Positions 19,726 through 29,681 of a stretch of DNA of 64,000 bases are shown piece after piece. Made by a program: the position numbers and the translations under genes. Under the pieces are notes generated by a model. That model searched no databases. It saw nothing but the letters and a program-made list of their open reading frames with translations, and was not told the DNA's origin. Positions within the stretch are counted from its first letter, which is position 1, and each line of letters opens with the position of its first letter. The DNA is taken from NCBI GenBank assembly GCA_963846575.1, contig CAWJWJ010000001.1:512001-576000 (forward strand). The letters run 5' to 3'. The stretch comes from an uncultured Nitrospiraceae bacterium (GTDB lineage: Bacteria; Nitrospirota; Nitrospiria; Nitrospirales; Nitrospiraceae).

Positions 19726-21351
19726 TTACGCGCGGCCGCCCCGCTTCATGAACGGCGGATCGCCGTGATCAAGCCGATAGAGCGACAACGGAGTGAGGGC
19801 ATCGGTGGCGGGCGAGACCTGCATAGTCCCTTCGCCGGCATCTCGAAAAACATCCAGCGCCCGAGCGCGATGATACCGGCAATTATGCCGGATCAGAAGA
19901 TCTTTTAATTTTTCCGGTGGTTCCCAATTGGCGGTGAGGAGCGCCGTACGTGCCGGATTACGCTGACTGAACATGAACGACAGATGATCGGGATACCAGT
20001 CGGCTCCGCCGGTAGCATAGGACACAAACAGGCGCGCCTGGGCGGCGCCACAGAGTTCGTCCAGATAACCATTCGTCAGGTATCCGTTCTCGCCTACATC
20101 CAGCCAGGACCCCGGATGGGAAAGGGGGGCATGGGCCGCGTAACTGCGGATCTCCTGCAGTTGCTGCTGCGAGGCCAGCAGCAAGCCGATGGGTCCGTAT
20201 TTCTCCACCAGCTGTTGAATCACGCCCTCTTTGATAGCCGACCGGCCACTGTTGGTGGGCCCGCTGTCGGCATGGACCAGGACATTCTGGCCCCGATCGG
20301 TGACGAGATAACAGTTTCTCGGCATCTCCAAATCGCAGGGATCTTCACCGAAGAACGGAACCGAGACCACGGCACCCCCCTCGAACGTCCAGGTCTCGCC
20401 GTGCGCCAGCTCGATAATGTTGGCAAATCCTAATTCTTTGAGGAGGTGAATGTAATCGTAGAAGTACTTCTTCCGATTCCTCCGGCTGGGAATCACGATC
20501 GGCACGTCCTTCGGCACATGCAGTAATGTCCGAGGATCCACATGATCATCGTGGTCATGTGTCAGAAATATGGCCGCTGGTTTGGGCAGCGACGAGACCC
20601 ACAGGCTCGGGACGTTCGACTCGGCAAACCAGGGCAAGAGCCACGGGTCGAACCACAAAAAATTGTCCCGCTGCCGATACATCAAGGCGGCATGGCCGAG
20701 ATGAATCGTATCTCGATCCCTCGTGCTCAACAGCCACTGTTGCCGTATCGAGGACTGTGTCGTCGGCGTCAGGCATTCGTACTGTACCAACAGTTCCATC
20801 AGTTTCGAGAGGAGACGTTCGCCGTCCCGGCCCGCCGTCGTCACGATCGTCTGAATGGCTCCGGCTTGATGCGTGCCGTCCAGCAGCCCGAGCAACTTCC
20901 CCGCAATCGGTCCCATCGGACGGTCAAACGGGACGGGAATCGCCTGGCGTTTGAGGGCATGAAAGATGCGCAACCCCGTGTTGACCACCGTCGCCGATTT
21001 GGTCGCATCGAACGGGTGGGACCAGTGAAACTGGCCATCCGCCTGACGCCGCGCCGTGATGTGTTGACTTAATTGCTGTCGGGAATTGACCAGTTCGGCG
21101 TAGGCGTCCTCCAACAGCACCTTCACGTGCGGATCACCCAGCGTCGCGCGGCGTGAGAAGACATCGCTCATCGCCGTTTCCACACAGGCGAGAAACAGGC
21201 TGTGAGCTTCGTGCAGGCTGGCCACGACCTCCGAAGCCACACCACCGATGAACGGGAACGGTCCCGGCGGTTGGTTGCTTTCGAGTTGCACCCAGACCCA
21301 GGGTGCTAACCCCACATATTGATCACGCGGCAATGTGTCCCAAATTCCCAT
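19726..21351 (-). CDS. MBL-fold metalloprotein, CmlA-like diiron monooxygenase candidate
   Basis: LGHAA..FDPW, THDHDDH, PFFGE, HADS and SYATGGADW. Confidence 0.85.
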   Translation of the reverse strand: MGIWDTLPRDQYVGLAPWVWVQLESNQPPGPFPFIGGVASEVVASLHEAHSLFLACVETAMSDVFSRRATLGDPHVKVLLEDAYAELVNSRQQLSQHITARRQADGQFHWSHPFDATKSATVVNTGLRIFHALKRQAIPVPFDRPMGPIAGKLLGLLDGTHQAGAIQTIVTTAGRDGERLLSKLMELLVQYECLTPTTQSSIRQQWLLSTRDRDTIHLGHAALMYRQRDNFLWFDPWLLPWFAESNVPSLWVSSLPKPAAIFLTHDHDDHVDPRTLLHVPKDVPIVIPSRRNRKKYFYDYIHLLKELGFANIIELAHGETWTFEGGAVVSVPFFGEDPCDLEMPRNCYLVTDRGQNVLVHADSGPTNSGRSAIKEGVIQQLVEKYGPIGLLLASQQQLQEIRSYAAHAPLSHPGSWLDVGENGYLTNGYLDELCGAAQARLFVSYATGGADWYPDHLSFMFSQRNPARTALLTANWEPPEKLKDLLIRHNCRYHRARALDVFRDAGEGTMQVSPATDALTPLSLYRLDHGDPPFMKRGGRA

Positions 21352-21375
21352 GATCCCGTGGCGCGAACGGCTCGC

Positions 21376-21795
21376 TTATCCTTTGGACTCCATCCGGCTG
21401 AGTGTCGGCTCGTACAAGGCCTGGATCAGATTGCCGTCCGGATCGGTGAAATAGAACGAATAACTGCCGTCGCGATGTTGCTTGGGTGGTTTGGCGATGG
21501 TGGAGCCATATTGAGCCGCCTCGGCCCCTACATCGCGGAACAGCTGGTCCACATGCGCCGGGCTTTGGAGAATCACCCCAAAGTGGTCGAGCAATTGGCC
21601 GCGCGGTGGCTGGTACTGAACGAGGTCCTGCGAGGCGATCTGGTGTAGCGCCAGATTGTCGCTCCCCGAACTGAAATAGACATTTTCCGCATCCGGCTCC
21701 CACACGACCTTCATCGCGAGGAACCGCTCATAGAATGCGCGGGACCTGGCAAGATCGGTCACGCGAAGAGCTAAATGTCGTAAGCCGAGATGCAT
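21376..21795 (-). CDS. VOC/glyoxalase family protein
   Basis: LRHLALRVTDL, LDHFG and FYFTDPDGN. Confidence 0.92.
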   Translation of the reverse strand: MHLGLRHLALRVTDLARSRAFYERFLAMKVVWEPDAENVYFSSGSDNLALHQIASQDLVQYQPPRGQLLDHFGVILQSPAHVDQLFRDVGAEAAQYGSTIAKPPKQHRDGSYSFYFTDPDGNLIQALYEPTLSRMESKG

Positions 21796-21941
21796 GGATA
21801 GACAGCCTTCTCCTGAACCGTATAGTAGTGGGGGCCTCTCACCCCGTCAATCCTCATTCTCCTTCGTTACCGTGTTTCTGGCACACACCCCTGTGGTACG
21901 ATCTCCCTATCGATCTTCTCGAACCAAAGGAGTTGGGAGTT

Positions 21942-22781
21942 ATGTGGGCACGATCCATCTTGGCGGTAGTGATGGCTTTCGCCGGACTGAACGGCGCGGT
22001 TTCGCAAGCAGGCACGGAGGAGCGCGCGACGCACCCCAAAGAGATCACGGGACAGGACGGCGCGCCATTGGTGTTGATTCCGGTCGGCTCCTACCCCATG
22101 GGCGTTCCCCTCGGAGACCGAGACGGCGGACGCGACGAATATCCTCGGCACGTCATCGAAATCACCGACTTTTACATCGACAAGTATGAAGTGACCAATG
22201 GGCGGTATTTGGCATTCGTGAAGGCGACGAACCATCGGGTCCCGCAGAACCCCAAGAATCCGACCCGCAATCTGTGGGAGGGGATCGGCATTCCGGACAC
22301 GCTGGCCGACCGTCCCGTGATCAACGTCGATTGGGCGGATGCCGACGCCTACTGCAAGTGGGCCGGCAGACGATTACCTCGGGAAGCGGAATGGGAAAAG
22401 GCGGCGAAAGGCAACAATGACTGGCGGTTCCCCTGGGGCAATGTGGAGCCCACGGACAAGCATCTCAACTTCAATCAGAAATGGATCGGGATAAAGACGT
22501 TGATGCCGGTGGGAAGTTATGAACGCGGAAAGAGTCCCTATGGCGTGTATGACATGGCCGGCAACGTCTGGGAATGGGTCAACGACTGGTACGATGCTAA
22601 ATATTATGAAAAGAGCCCGGAGAAGAACCCTCCCGGACCCGAGAACGGCACGAAGAAAGTCATTCGGGGAGCCGGCTGGCAGAACGAGACTCCCACGGTG
22701 CGGATCTTCACCCGCGTCGACAGCGACCCGACCATCAGAAATGAATCAACCGGCTTTCGATGCGCGATGGATGCGAAGTAG
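21942..22781 (+). CDS. Exported FGE-sulfatase (SUMF1) domain protein
   Basis: SD GGAG and signal peptide; RLPREAEWEKAA, DMAGNVWEW and GFRCA. Confidence 0.92.
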   Translation: MWARSILAVVMAFAGLNGAVSQAGTEERATHPKEITGQDGAPLVLIPVGSYPMGVPLGDRDGGRDEYPRHVIEITDFYIDKYEVTNGRYLAFVKATNHRVPQNPKNPTRNLWEGIGIPDTLADRPVINVDWADADAYCKWAGRRLPREAEWEKAAKGNNDWRFPWGNVEPTDKHLNFNQKWIGIKTLMPVGSYERGKSPYGVYDMAGNVWEWVNDWYDAKYYEKSPEKNPPGPENGTKKVIRGAGWQNETPTVRIFTRVDSDPTIRNESTGFRCAMDAK

Positions 22782-22823
22782 CACATCACCGGCGCAAGGG
22801 ATGTTGGTTCAAGAGCACACAGC

Positions 22824-23666
22824 ATGACCAACTCAGGGTTCCATGACATGACGGTCGCCGCATTTGAATCCCGCATGGCGGCGGAGATGACGCGACTGAT
22901 CGAACGCCAGGGTGGAAGGCCCCTCGTGGCGCCGGCACTGCGCGAGGTTCCGCTGGCGGACAATTCTCCTGCCCTCCGGTTCGGCGAGCGACTGCTCACC
23001 GAAGGCATTGATGTCCTGATCCTCCTGACAGGGGTGGGCACCACAACCCTCTTTCATACCCTCTATAGCCGCCACTCCAAAGACACGATCGCGAGCGCCC
23101 TCCGAAACACGGTATTGGTGGCGCGTGGCCCGAAACCGGTCGCCGCGCTCAAGGCGCTGGGGCTTCCACCGACGTTGACGGTTCCCGAACCGAATACCTG
23201 GATCGATGTGGTCTCCACCCTGGACGGGCATCGTCCCATCAAGGCACTGCGCGTGGCGGTGCAAGAATACGGGCAGTCGAATCCCGATCTGCTGGACGCG
23301 CTGACACAACGCGGAGCGGAGGTCGTCCCGGTGCCGGTTTATCGCTGGGCACTCCCGGAAGATACGACTCCCTTACAGCACGTGCTGGACGAGATACTGG
23401 CAGGGCATGTCCAAGTCATGCTCGTTACCAATGCCGCCCAGATCGATCATGTGATGCAACTCTTGGATCGGCGGGGAAAGACGGCGCAGTTCGGGGCAGT
23501 CTGCAAGAGGCTGGTGGTGGCGTCCATCGGCCCGACCGCCAGCGAGCGCCTCCGCAGTCACGGTCTGCCGGTGGATCTGGAGCCCGCGCACGGCAAAATG
23601 GGCATCCTGGTAAAAGAAACTGCCGCGCAGGCGCGATCTCTCCTGAGCAGCAAACAGCCTGGCTGA
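22824..23666 (+). CDS. hemD: Uroporphyrinogen-III synthase
   Basis: FESR, LTGVG, ARGPKP, VYRW and SIGPT. Confidence 0.85.
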   Translation: MTNSGFHDMTVAAFESRMAAEMTRLIERQGGRPLVAPALREVPLADNSPALRFGERLLTEGIDVLILLTGVGTTTLFHTLYSRHSKDTIASALRNTVLVARGPKPVAALKALGLPPTLTVPEPNTWIDVVSTLDGHRPIKALRVAVQEYGQSNPDLLDALTQRGAEVVPVPVYRWALPEDTTPLQHVLDEILAGHVQVMLVTNAAQIDHVMQLLDRRGKTAQFGAVCKRLVVASIGPTASERLRSHGLPVDLEPAHGKMGILVKETAAQARSLLSSKQPG

Positions 23667-23676
23667 CGCAGGGTCG

Positions 23677-24609
23677 TCAGTTCTTGTCGGTGGGCGGCAC
23701 CTCCGCTCCTTCGTGGACGTCCCGCGCACATCGAAAACCCATCCAATTCATTTTGGTATTCGGATCTGTCCCGTTACGCTGCGCCACGCGCACACTGGGA
23801 GTGCTGTCGATCCAGCCGCCGCCGCGGAAACTTCTCTGCGTTCCGGTCTCCGGACCTTTGGGGTTCCTGTCCGGGCCCGTCAGATAATATTTCGGGTCGA
23901 ACCAATCGGCAACCCATTCAGCCACATTCCCCGCCATCTGGAGCACTCCGTATGGACTGGCCGCATTGTCATACTTGTCGACCGAGATGATCGGCGGATA
24001 AAGCAGCAGCCGCTCCGGGCGATCCCGCACCGGTCCTGACAGACCCGTCCGGCCAAAATTGGCCCGCGAGAGACCGGCCATTTGATTGCCCCAGGGATAG
24101 ATGCGTCCATCCTGGCCGCGCGCCGCCTTTTCCCATTCGGCCTCCGTCGGCAGCCGTTTGCCCGCCCACTTGCAGTAGGCCTCCGCGTCGAACCAGGAGA
24201 CATGCATGACCGGATGGCTGACCATGGTGTCCTGAAAATTGCCGCCGTCATACTGCCAATCAATCAGGGGGGCGCGATCCGAGGCCAGGACGAATTTCAA
24301 GAACTGCACGGTCGTTACTTCGTGTTTGTCGATCTCGTAGGCATCCAGATAGACCTTCCGCTGTGGGATTTCGGCCAGATAGGAATTCCTATCGACCTTT
24401 TTATCGCTCCCCATGAGAAACTCGCCCGCCGGAATGCGAATCATCTCGTCATGCGCCGGCAGCTTAGTCCGTTCCGCCGCCAGCTTTTTCCCTTCCGAAG
24501 TCCATTCGCGAGTCACATCGGCAACATCCAGCGCGTAGAGGCCGCCACTCAGCCCCAGGACGCCCGCAACCACGGCCCATGCAGTCAACCCTGCCTTTTG
24601 CACGATCAC
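23677..24609 (-). CDS. Exported FGE-sulfatase (SUMF1) domain protein
   Basis: SD AGGAGG and GTG at 24609; RLPTEAEWEKAARG, MAGNVAEW and GFRCA. Confidence 0.92.
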   Translation of the reverse strand: MIVQKAGLTAWAVVAGVLGLSGGLYALDVADVTREWTSEGKKLAAERTKLPAHDEMIRIPAGEFLMGSDKKVDRNSYLAEIPQRKVYLDAYEIDKHEVTTVQFLKFVLASDRAPLIDWQYDGGNFQDTMVSHPVMHVSWFDAEAYCKWAGKRLPTEAEWEKAARGQDGRIYPWGNQMAGLSRANFGRTGLSGPVRDRPERLLLYPPIISVDKYDNAASPYGVLQMAGNVAEWVADWFDPKYYLTGPDRNPKGPETGTQRSFRGGGWIDSTPSVRVAQRNGTDPNTKMNWMGFRCARDVHEGAEVPPTDKN

Positions 24610-24634
24610 TATCCTCCTTGTCGCGGCCCTGCCT

Positions 24635-25285
24635 TTACATTGGGGGCTGCACCGGGGCCGGTGCAGCCGGTGCCTGATCGAATTCTTCCAGCGGTTCAAA
24701 ATTTAATGGGAGCTGAAACAGGTAATCGATCACCGGGCGTAATTTGACATGCTGATACTCGACAATCCAACTCCCATCCTTCCTCGCCAGCTTCATGGGG
24801 AATCGTATATCGGTCGCGAGCCATTGGTAATAGACTTCCGTTCGTTCACCCTGCTTGACCGTCACTTCATAGAGGGTCGTCGGATGCCCCTCTCTTGTTT
24901 CTTTCCCGATTTCTTCGCGCGAGACTTCGCCATCCAGCCGCTCCGACACCTGCAACTCCTGCTCCGGACTGTAGGGCATCGTTTTGAAATGTTTCATCCG
25001 CGACAACAGTAACCAGACCAGGTTCTTATCTTTCCGTACGATACTGACGTTCACCGGCCCCATCGAATGGTGCTCGATCCGCCACATGTTGTCGCGATAA
25101 TAGATGTTGGACTTGTGGGTTCGCCCGTTGATTTTGGTGACCTGATCGGCTGTGAACTCCAACGCTCCGCCCTCGGCTGCGCCGAAGAGCCAGAGAGCTG
25201 CCGCCAACCCCATCACCCTACTCAACCACATCCCACTTATCCTACCGACACGGAACCTCGATTTTCCAGCGCTCTCGCGATGCAC
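24635..25285 (-). CDS. DUF4412-like exported protein; alternative start at 25231
   Basis: Signal peptide, SIVRKDK, WLATDIRFPMK and LFQLP. Confidence 0.8.
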   Translation of the reverse strand: MHRESAGKSRFRVGRISGMWLSRVMGLAAALWLFGAAEGGALEFTADQVTKINGRTHKSNIYYRDNMWRIEHHSMGPVNVSIVRKDKNLVWLLLSRMKHFKTMPYSPEQELQVSERLDGEVSREEIGKETREGHPTTLYEVTVKQGERTEVYYQWLATDIRFPMKLARKDGSWIVEYQHVKLRPVIDYLFQLPLNFEPLEEFDQAPAAPAPVQPPM

Positions 25286-25575
25286 GAATAGATCCCCCTC
25301 TGTTGCTGCCGCGAATCATGCTCACGGTTACCGTCCCCGGCGACCCCGCAGGCACACAGGGGGGACCACGCGATCCCTCCGCGTGATCGACAACCGGGCG
25401 GGACGCGGGAATGTCATTCCTCGATCAACGATCTGTGGAAGTAGGTGAGACCGGCATCCGCAGTGGAGGCGGCCTGTTTCCTTATCCTCCGAGAAGCCGC
25501 CTGTTGCACCCTCGCGATCAAGACTGCCCGGCAGAACCCGGCAGGTGGATGGTCGTGGGCGCGGGAGGTCTTGCC

Positions 25576-26187
25576 TTACGATTTCGCCTTAATACATTCG
25601 ATGTCCAACTTGATGAGGACGTCGTCTCCGACGATCAGTCCGCCGTTATCCAGCGCCTTGTTCCAGACCATGCCGAAGTCTTTCCGGTCGACCTTGCCCT
25701 CGGCCGTAAAACCCGCGCGGGTATTGCCATAGGGGTCCTTGGTCACGCCGTTGAGGCGACCGACCAACGTCACTTCTTTCGTCACGCCGCGCAAGGTCAG
25801 GTCGCCCACCGCGAGATAACCCTCGCCGTCCTTCCTGTAGCTTTTCATTTTGTACGTCATGGTCGGATGCTTTTCGACGTCAAAGAAATCAGGGCCACGC
25901 AGATGCGCGTCGCGCTTTTCCTGATTGGTGTTCACCGAAGCCGTCTTAATCGTCGCTTCTATCGTCTTCACCGTCCCGGCTTCGGGATCCATTTCGATGA
26001 AGCCGGTGTAGTCTTTGAAGTGTCCCGTGGTGTTGGAGATCACCATGTGGGAGACCTTGAACTCCACGATCGAATGATCCGGGTCCACATTGTACCGAGC
26101 CGTCTCCGCATGCCCGAAGACTGCACTTAACAACACACTCGCACTCAGACATAGCATGGCCCCGACAGGACCGCTCCGATACTTCAT
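25576..26187 (-). CDS. YceI family lipid/polyisoprenoid-binding protein
   Basis: VDPDHS, RDAHLRGPDFFD, GDLTLRGVTK and RKDFG. Confidence 0.95.
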   Translation of the reverse strand: MKYRSGPVGAMLCLSASVLLSAVFGHAETARYNVDPDHSIVEFKVSHMVISNTTGHFKDYTGFIEMDPEAGTVKTIEATIKTASVNTNQEKRDAHLRGPDFFDVEKHPTMTYKMKSYRKDGEGYLAVGDLTLRGVTKEVTLVGRLNGVTKDPYGNTRAGFTAEGKVDRKDFGMVWNKALDNGGLIVGDDVLIKLDIECIKAKS

Positions 26188-26189
26188 AA

Positions 26190-27209
26190 CTACTCCGTTG
26201 TAGATCCGTTCGCCGCGGGTCCTTCTTTGGGAGAACGGGGTGCGGCAGGGGCAGGCTTGGAAGACTTCTTGTCCACTGTCATCTGCACATCACGGCTCGC
26301 GACTTTGGCCCCGGTACGCATACGCACATGCACGTCGACGATGTCTCCGCCGACGTCGGGAGGAATCGGGGGAAACGGCTGGGCATGGATGATCGTCTGT
26401 AGCCCGGCATCGTTGACATCCCGAGCGCCCGAGCTTTTCTCCAGCTGAATCAATTGCGCCACACCACTCGCATACATTTTGAAGTGCACGCGCACCGTTT
26501 CACTGCTGGGAGCCCGGCGGATAGACCGGATTTGCCGGCTCCAGTTGCGGCTGATTAAGTCGCTGACCTGCTTCCAATAGGCTTTGGATTCTCCCGGTGC
26601 CGGCAAGGGTAACAGATCTTCTTCCTCGATCGTCGCGTTCACGGCTAACACGTGCTCCATCGCCTGTTGCACCGCCGCAGAGTCGGCATCGGAGCTTTCA
26701 GCAAGCGGACCCGGGGGGATGACGGCCTCCGCCTCGTCAGGGGACCTGTCGCCAATGGTGACGTAGAAATCGCGCTTCAGGAACTCCTCGAGTCCGGTAA
26801 TTTTGGCGCGCGCGAACGAAACCCGGATGCGCACGGCCTTCGGATGCACGGTCGTCCGACTCCGCAAGGTCGAATTGGGTTCCAGAATCGCCGTCCCCTG
26901 ATAGATCGACGGCGTAGTATCTTCGCTCAACGAGACGGTCTGACTTTGGAAACCCGCCGACTCGATAATGGCCATGACCGATTCCGTCCCCGGCGGCAGG
27001 CCGCCCAAGGTGACGCTCAGCACGACGTCCTTCCCCGCCTGCACTGAACCATCGGCCTCGGTACTGATCAGTTCGAACTGCGCCCATCGCTTGGACGCGA
27101 CGGTAGAGGAGGGAGCGGGGCCCGCAGTTGCCGGCCCAGCCAGGAATGAGAGGCAACAGATCAATCCGACCCCCGCAAGGACCGTAAGTTTTTCGCGACA
27201 GCACCGCAT
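26190..27209 (-). CDS. Exported protein with a TonB/TolA C-terminal-like domain
   Basis: Signal peptide; YWKQVSDLISRNW...KSSG...AQPFPPIP. Confidence 0.8.
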   Translation of the reverse strand: MRCCREKLTVLAGVGLICCLSFLAGPATAGPAPSSTVASKRWAQFELISTEADGSVQAGKDVVLSVTLGGLPPGTESVMAIIESAGFQSQTVSLSEDTTPSIYQGTAILEPNSTLRSRTTVHPKAVRIRVSFARAKITGLEEFLKRDFYVTIGDRSPDEAEAVIPPGPLAESSDADSAAVQQAMEHVLAVNATIEEEDLLPLPAPGESKAYWKQVSDLISRNWSRQIRSIRRAPSSETVRVHFKMYASGVAQLIQLEKSSGARDVNDAGLQTIIHAQPFPPIPPDVGGDIVDVHVRMRTGAKVASRDVQMTVDKKSSKPAPAAPRSPKEGPAANGSTTE

Positions 27210-27358
27210 CGTTGCATCCTACCCAGGCAACCCAGTCAGTTCAACCCGTTTTTTTGCTCAGCATCCGAACCTGCCGAAGAGAGCATGGCGTGAGGGCAAG
27301 GCGTTGAACAAGATCTCCGTTCAGCTGGGCATTTCACGCGGTCTTGTTATAATGGGCC

Positions 27359-28393
27359 ATGCGCGCACTCGTGAAAACTTCCGCACAACCGGGCCTAACC
27401 TATACCGATCGCCCCGATCCTTCCCCTGGTCCCTCGGATGCCGTGATCCGGGTCAAGGCCACCTCCCTGTGCGGAACCGACGCCCATATTTATAATTGGG
27501 ACGCCTGGGCACACAGTCGCATACAACCACCCAGAATCATCGGACACGAAATGTGCGGCGAAGTGGTGGCCATCGGAGCCGATGTCACCCTTGTCCAGGT
27601 GGGAGACTATGTTGCCGCTGAATCGCACCTGACCTGTGGCGCCTGCTTTCAATGTCGGACCGGCCAAGCGCACGTGTGCAAGAATTACCGCATCCTTGGA
27701 GTCGATTTGGACGGATCGTTCGCCGACTATGTCGTGCTTCCAGAGACGGTGCTCTGGAAAACCTCCCTGGACATTCCGCCGGAATTGGCCTCCGTTCAAG
27801 AGCCTCTCGGGAACGCTGTCGATGCCGCATTAGTGGAAGACTTGACCGGCCATACGGTATTGATCACCGGCTGTGGTCCGACCGGTCTGTTCGCCGCCGC
27901 CGTGGCGCGCACTGCGGGCGCCGCCACGATCATCGCCACCGATATCAGCGACTATCGCCTCGGCCTTGCCAAACAGGTCGGGGTCGACCACGTACTGAAT
28001 GCGCAGACCGACGGACCTGACGCCATTGCCGCAGCCATTCACGACATCACCGGAGGCGAAGGGGTCGATGCGTCTCTTGAGATGTCCGGCCATCCCACCG
28101 CGCTGCACCATGCTTTTCGATCAGTCAAAAACGGAGGACGCGTCACGCTGTTCGGAATCCCCACCGGCCCCGTCACCTGCGATCTCGCCAATGAGGTCAT
28201 CTTCAAGGGTATTCGCGTGCATGGCATCACCGGCCGGCGCTTGTTCAGCACCTGGTATCGGCTGGCCGGATTGTTCAAGGCCGGACTCAACATCCGCCCC
28301 GTCATCACGCATACGTTTCCGCTCAAAGACTTCGCCCAAGGATTTGAATTGATCAAGTCCGGCCAATGCGGCAAAGTAGTCATGTTTCCATAG
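27359..28393 (+). CDS. tdh: L-threonine 3-dehydrogenase
   Basis: CGTDAHIYNWD, GHE, structural Zn cysteines, EPLGNAV; adjacent to kbl. Confidence 0.96.
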   Translation: MRALVKTSAQPGLTYTDRPDPSPGPSDAVIRVKATSLCGTDAHIYNWDAWAHSRIQPPRIIGHEMCGEVVAIGADVTLVQVGDYVAAESHLTCGACFQCRTGQAHVCKNYRILGVDLDGSFADYVVLPETVLWKTSLDIPPELASVQEPLGNAVDAALVEDLTGHTVLITGCGPTGLFAAAVARTAGAATIIATDISDYRLGLAKQVGVDHVLNAQTDGPDAIAAAIHDITGGEGVDASLEMSGHPTALHHAFRSVKNGGRVTLFGIPTGPVTCDLANEVIFKGIRVHGITGRRLFSTWYRLAGLFKAGLNIRPVITHTFPLKDFAQGFELIKSGQCGKVVMFP

Positions 28394-28486
28394 ACATGCG
28401 GTGGGCGGTTGAGAGGATTTGGATTCCTGTCTCTCGGCACATCCCCTTCCAGTCCCACCAACCAACTATCACAGCAATGGATTGGC

Positions 28487-29677
28487 ATGGCCTATTCCAC
28501 ATTTAAAAGAGCAGCGCAGCAGCAGTTAGCCGATATTCGCGCGGCGGGCCTCTATAAAACCGAACGTGACATTCTGAGTTCCCAGAGCACCGAGATTCGG
28601 GTGGCGCAAGGGGACGTCATCAATCTCTGCGCGAATAACTATCTGGGGCTCGCGAACCATCCGGATGTGACCCAAGCGGCCATCGAGGGACTCAAAGAGT
28701 ATGGTTATGGCATGGCTTCCGTCAGGTTCATCTGCGGAACTCACCGACTGCACAAGCAGCTCGAGCAGGCCCTCAGCACGTTTCTGCGGACCGAGGATAC
28801 CATTCTCTATGGGTCTTGCTTCGATGCGAACGGCGGCCTGTTCGAAACCCTGCTCGACGAGCAGGATGCCATCATCAGCGACGCCCTCAACCACGCAAGC
28901 CTGATCGACGGCATCCGGCTCTGCAAGGCCGTCCGCCGGCGTTATGCCCATGCCGACATGAGGGAGCTCGAAGCCCGTCTGGCTGAATCCGCCTCCAATC
29001 GCGTCCGCGTGATCGTGACCGATGGGGTCTTTTCGATGGATGGTGATCTTGCGCCACTGGATCGGATTGTGGAACTCGCCGAACGGTACGAAGCGGCGGT
29101 GGTCGTGGACGACAGTCATGCCACCGGGGTACTGGGACAGGGGGGGCGCGGAACACCCGACCACTTCGGGGTTGCCGACCGGGTCGACCTCGTCACGAGC
29201 ACGCTCGGCAAAGCGTTGGGCGGCGCAACCGGCGGGTTCACGACCGGCCGAACGGAACTGATCGAGTTACTGCGACAGCGTTCACGGCCCTATCTCTTCT
29301 CCAACAGTCTGCCCCCGGTCATTGCCTCCGCCGCGCTGAAAGCGCTGACTTTGGTGGAGCAAGGCGATAGTCTGAGGGAGACCTTGACGGCGCAGGCGCA
29401 ATGGCTGCGAAGTCGGCTGACATCCCTCGGCTTCACCCTCGTTCCGGGCAACCACCCCATCATCCCGGTGATGCTGGGAGACGCCACGGTGGCAACCCGG
29501 ATGGCGGACCAGTTACTGAAAGAAGGGATCTATGTGATCGGGTTCAGTTATCCGGTGGTGCCGAAGGGACAGGCCCGCATTCGTCTACAGTTGTCCGCAG
29601 GTCATACGCGTCCGCAACTCGAACGGGCCGTGGCGGCATTCTCGAAGGTGGGCCGGGCACTGAAAGTCATTGCGTAA
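28487..29677 (+). CDS. kbl: Glycine C-acetyltransferase (2-amino-3-ketobutyrate CoA ligase)
   Basis: [32 protein letters not shown] and RSRPYLFSN. Confidence 0.97.
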   Translation: MAYSTFKRAAQQQLADIRAAGLYKTERDILSSQSTEIRVAQGDVINLCANNYLGLANHPDVTQAAIEGLKEYGYGMASVRFICGTHRLHKQLEQALSTFLRTEDTILYGSCFDANGGLFETLLDEQDAIISDALNHASLIDGIRLCKAVRRRYAHADMRELEARLAESASNRVRVIVTDGVFSMDGDLAPLDRIVELAERYEAAVVVDDSHATGVLGQGGRGTPDHFGVADRVDLVTSTLGKALGGATGGFTTGRTELIELLRQRSRPYLFSNSLPPVIASAALKALTLVEQGDSLRETLTAQAQWLRSRLTSLGFTLVPGNHPIIPVMLGDATVATRMADQLLKEGIYVIGFSYPVVPKGQARIRLQLSAGHTRPQLERAVAAFSKVGRALKVIA

Positions 29678-29681
29678 CCCG

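Noticed and set aside
16326..24609. Diversity-generating retroelement targeting the FGE-fold genes
   Set aside because: No reverse transcriptase, and I saw no template repeat matching any of the 3' ends.
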